From an uncultured Candidatus Rokubacteria bacterium (GTDB lineage: Bacteria > Methylomirabilota > Methylomirabilia > Rokubacteriales > CSP1-6), in assembly GCA_963789955.1 (NCBI GenBank), contig CAWBMV010000034.1, positions 96,001 to 160,000 on the forward strand: a stretch of 64,000 nucleotides of DNA, in the 5' to 3' direction. The notes beneath the pieces were generated by a model. The model had not been told where the DNA came from, did no database searches, and was given only the letters and a program-made list of their open reading frames with translations. Made by a program: the position numbers and the translations under genes. This document shows, in pieces, positions 60,618-64,000 of this stretch; the first letter of the stretch is position 1, and each line of letters opens with the position of its first letter.

Positions 60618-62025
60618 ATGGCGCGGCTGAAGCTCGTCGTCGTCGGCGGCGGGATCACCGGCCTCGCGGCGGCCCATCGCGCCGTCGAGGTGGCGCGCGA
60701 GCGCTCGACCGAGCTCGAGCTGACGCTCGTCGAGGCGCGTGATCGACTCGGCGGCACGATCGCGACCGAGCACAGCCGGTGGATTCCTCGTCGAGAGCGG
60801 CCCCGACTCGTTCCTCTCGGAAAAACCGTGGGCGCTGGCGCTGTGCCGGCGGCTCGGCGTCGAGCATCGGCTCGTGCGGACCGACGATCGCTTCAGAAAA
60901 GTCTTCGTCTGGCGCGCCGGACGCCTGCACGCGCTGCCCGACGGCTTCCAGCTCCTGGCGCCGACCAAGCTCGGGCCGTTCGTCAGGTCGGGGCTGTTCT
61001 CCTGGCCCGGCAAGCTCCGGATGGCCCTCGACCTCGTCATGCCGCGCGGTACGAGCGACGACGAGAGCCTCGGCGCCTTCGTGCGGCGCCGGCTCGGACG
61101 CGAGGCGCTGGAGCGGGTGGCCCAGCCGCTGGTGGCCGGGATCTACACGGCCGATCCCGACGATCTCTCACTGACGGCGACGATGCCGCGCTTCTCCGAG
61201 CTCGAGCGGCGCGAGCGGTCGATCATCCTCGGGCTCTGGCGCGCGAATCGCCGGGCGCCGCAGACGGGGACGAGCGGCGCGCGCTGGAGTCTCTTCGTGA
61301 CCTTCCAGAACGGCATGGAAGAGATGGTCACCTCGATCGCGTCGCGCCTGCCGCCGGGCGCGGTGCGGCTCAAGCATCGCGTGGACGGCATCGAGCGAAG
61401 CGGCCGGGGCTGGAGGGTGGTCGGCGGTCTGGGCCCCGCGCTCGAGGCCGACCACGTCATCGTGGCGGCCGAGTCCTACACCGCGAGCCGTCTGCTGCGG
61501 TACGTCGATCCGGCGCTGGCGACGTTGCTCGGCGAGATCCCGTACGCGTCGTCGGCGACGGTGAGCTTCGGCTATCGGCGCGCGGAGGTCCCGCATGCGC
61601 TCGACGGCTTCGGCATCGTGGTTCCACAAACCGAGCGCCGCTCCGTGTTCGCGTGCACGTTCTCGAGCGTGAAGTATCCAGGCCGCGCCCCCGAGGGCCA
61701 CGTGCTGCTCCGGTGCTTCGTCGGCGGCGCGCTGAACGAGGGCATTCTCGAGTCGGACGATTCCGCGCTGATCGCCGGCGCGCGAAACGAGCTACGCGAG
61801 CTTCTCGGCATCACCGGCGAGCCCGTGCTGTCGCGGGTGGCTCGCTGGACGAAGGCGATGCCGCAGTACCACGTCGGCCACGCGGGTCGCGTCGAGACGA
61901 TCGAGCGATGCGCCGCGGCACTCCCGGGACTTCATCTGGCCGGCGGGGCGTATCGCGGCGTCGGCATCGCCGACTGCGTCAGATCGGGCGAAGCCGCCGC
62001 CGAACAGGTCTTCGGCGCTCTCTAG
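60618..62025 (+). CDS. hemY: HemY-type proto/coproporphyrinogen oxidase; frameshift near 60775
   Basis: VVGGGITGLAAA, RLGG, ESGPDSF, GIY, MPQYHVGH, GVGIADCV. Confidence 0.92.
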
Positions 62026-62034
62026 CGCGCGCGG

Positions 62035-63246
62035 TCAGACGCTCGCGATCGTTCCCAGCTCGAGTAGCTCCTCGATTCGTTCCCTCGAATAGCCGAGCAC
62101 CTCCCCGAGGACCGCGCGCGTGTGCTCGCCGACGCGATACGGCGCGCCGCCGCGTGGCTTCACCGGCCGGCGGTCGACGTGAAACGGGACCGCGGTGATC
62201 CGCACCTTGCCGCGACCGGGATGCTCGATCTCGGGAAACGCCTGGCGCTCCGCCAGATGCGGGTGGGCGACCACCTCGGCGGGCGAGAGCACGGCGGAGG
62301 CGGGAACGCGCGCGGCGGTGAGCGTCTTCACCGCCTCCTCGACCGTCTTGAAGCGGTCGAGCCACGCGCAGATGATCGGGTGCAGCGCGGCCCAGTTCTC
62401 GCGGCGCCCCGCCGGGGTGGCGAAGCGCGCGTCCGACTCGAGGTCGGGCCGATTCATCATCGCCACGAGTCGCGGCCAGAGCTGCGGCGCCCCGACGGTC
62501 TGCATCGCCACGTGGCGGCCGCCGATGCCGTGAACGATCATGCCGGGCCGCGGGCCCGGATACTCCGAGCCGGCGTTCAGCATGCCCCCGTAGTTGATGT
62601 CCTCGGCGCCCACCATGCACTCGAGCATCGACACGTCGAGGTAGGCGCCGCGACCCGTCCGCGAGCGCCGCCAGAGCGCGGCCAGGATCGCGCCGAAGGC
62701 GTGGGTGCCGGCGAGCACGTCGGCGGCCTGCAGATATCCAGGCCGCGGCGCCGGGTCGGTCTGCTGCTCGAGATGCATGATGCCGGACATGGCGTTGACG
62801 ATGTGATGGAAGGCCGGCTGCAGCCGCAGCGGGCCGCTCTGACCGAAGCCGGAGATCGAGCAGTAGACGAGATCGGGCTTCACCGCCGAGAGCGCGGCGT
62901 AGTCGCAGCCGAGCTTCGCGACGACACCGGGCAGGAAGTTCTCGACCACGACGTCGGAGGCCCGCGCCAGGTCGACGACGACCTCCCGGGCCTTCGGGTG
63001 GGAGAGATCGAGCGCCAGGCTCGATTTGCCCGCGTTGATCCGAATGAAGTACGTGCCCTGATCGGTGCGGCCCTCTTCCATCTGGGCGTGGCCGCGACGG
63101 GTATCGTCGCCTTCGCCCGGGCGCTCGATCTTGATCACGCGCGCGCCGAGATCCGAGAGCAGCCGTGTGCAATACGGGCCGGCCAGCACGCGCGTGAAAT
63201 CGAGCACGGTGAGGCCGGCGAGAAGTGGATCGTCCGAACCGGGCAT
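62035..63246 (-). CDS. CaiB/BaiF class III CoA-transferase
   Basis: LDFTRVLAGPYCT, GARVIKIE, NAGK.S, VENFLPG, SISGFGQSGP, GEHT. Confidence 0.92.
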   Translation of the reverse strand: MPGSDDPLLAGLTVLDFTRVLAGPYCTRLLSDLGARVIKIERPGEGDDTRRGHAQMEEGRTDQGTYFIRINAGKSSLALDLSHPKAREVVVDLARASDVVVENFLPGVVAKLGCDYAALSAVKPDLVYCSISGFGQSGPLRLQPAFHHIVNAMSGIMHLEQQTDPAPRPGYLQAADVLAGTHAFGAILAALWRRSRTGRGAYLDVSMLECMVGAEDINYGGMLNAGSEYPGPRPGMIVHGIGGRHVAMQTVGAPQLWPRLVAMMNRPDLESDARFATPAGRRENWAALHPIICAWLDRFKTVEEAVKTLTAARVPASAVLSPAEVVAHPHLAERQAFPEIEHPGRGKVRITAVPFHVDRRPVKPRGGAPYRVGEHTRAVLGEVLGYSRERIEELLELGTIASV

Positions 63247-63330
63247 GGGCGGTCTCCTTTTGGGCCTCGCCTTCGCGCATTCGGTCCATTAGTCTAGCAG
63301 GGCATTCGATCGGAACCGGGGAGGACACAC

Positions 63331-64000
63331 ATGCGGATGGTCGACGCCGACACGCTCGAACGGATCACGCGGGACATCTTCGTCGCCTGGAAGGCGCCCC
63401 GCGAAGACGCCTCGTGGATCGCGTCCTTGCTCGTCCGCGCGAACCTGCGCGGCCACGACTCGCACGGCGTGATCCGGATTCCGCACTACGTCCACGCGCT
63501 CAAGACCGGCGACGTCAACCCGACGCCGTCGATCAAGACCGAGATGGAGACCCCGACGATCGCGCGCCTCGACGGCGACAAGGGATTCGGTCAGGTCGTC
63601 GCGCGACACGGCATCACCCTGGCGATCGCGAAGGCGCGGGCGCAGGGCCTCTCGGCCGTCACGCTCCGCCGCACGAACCACGTCGGACGACTCGCCGACT
63701 ACGCGGAGATGGCGGCGGTCCAGGGGCTGATCGGCATGCTCTGGGTGAACGCGCCGACCGCGTTGAACGTCGCGCCGTGGGGCGGCGCCGCGCGGCGCCT
63801 CGGGACCAACCCGCACGCGGTGGCGGTCCCGGGCCCGAACGCGACGGTCGCGATGTCGCACGATTTCGCCACCAGCGTCGTCGCCGAGGGGAAGCTGAAG
63901 GTGAAGTTCAACCGCGGCGAGAAGGTGGCCCCCGGCATCATGCGCAACGGCCGCGGCGAGCCCTCGACCGATCCGCGCGAGTACTACACCGACCCGCCCG
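63331..64000 (+). CDS. Ldh_2 family (malate/L-lactate/ureidoglycolate-type) dehydrogenase, partial
   Basis: Manual translation: MRMVDAD...ANLRGHDSHGVIRIP...DGDKGFGQ...NHVGRLADY...LGTNP...DFATS..AEGK; GAGG RBS. Not in the ORF track. Confidence 0.9.
   Translation, partial: MRMVDADTLERITRDIFVAWKAPREDASWIASLLVRANLRGHDSHGVIRIPHYVHALKTGDVNPTPSIKTEMETPTIARLDGDKGFGQVVARHGITLAIAKARAQGLSAVTLRRTNHVGRLADYAEMAAVQGLIGMLWVNAPTALNVAPWGGAARRLGTNPHAVAVPGPNATVAMSHDFATSVVAEGKLKVKFNRGEKVAPGIMRNGRGEPSTDPREYYTDPP

Noticed and set aside
44..63947. Many long overlapping Arg/Ala/Gly-rich ORFs in the track (e.g. 47652-49652 +, 33311-35308 +, 52944-54722 -)
   Set aside because: Shadow ORFs caused by high GC; they lie antisense or out of frame to genes with clear family motifs.

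Overview
A GC-rich bacterial chromosomal segment densely packed with about 60 metabolic, transport and regulatory genes. The gene content (several Liv-type ABC systems, luciferase-like monooxygenases, CaiB CoA-transferases, an ABC_sub_bind protein, a GC-rich palindromic repeat) resembles Candidatus Rokubacteria/Methylomirabilota; this is inference only. Many genes carry single-base frameshifts that look like uncorrected long-read indels, densest at about 26.6-29.5 kb, so several coordinates are reconstructed across frames. I found no rRNA, tRNA, CRISPR array, transposase or phage gene. Highlights: (1) two exported selenoprotein candidates that the ORF track splits at an in-frame TGA, a TlpA-like UxxC thioredoxin and a Cys-free peroxiredoxin, each with a SECIS-like hairpin 9-11 nt after the UGA; (2) a stand-alone BldC/Xis-like HTH gene divergent from a citrate synthase, with five TCA(A) repeats at exact 10-bp phasing over the synthase promoter; (3) a probable single MBL-hydrolase/REC/cNMP-binding/GGDEF fusion protein; (4) two MetE-core paralogues bracketing a Liv-type importer; (5) three 10-bp bidirectional -10 elements (A-N3-TA-N3-T) and many apparently leaderless genes. 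Also present: lemA-TPM-TPM, a citrate synthase-aconitase-prpF cluster, hemE-hemH-hemY, ycaQ, yfbR and a dus gene.
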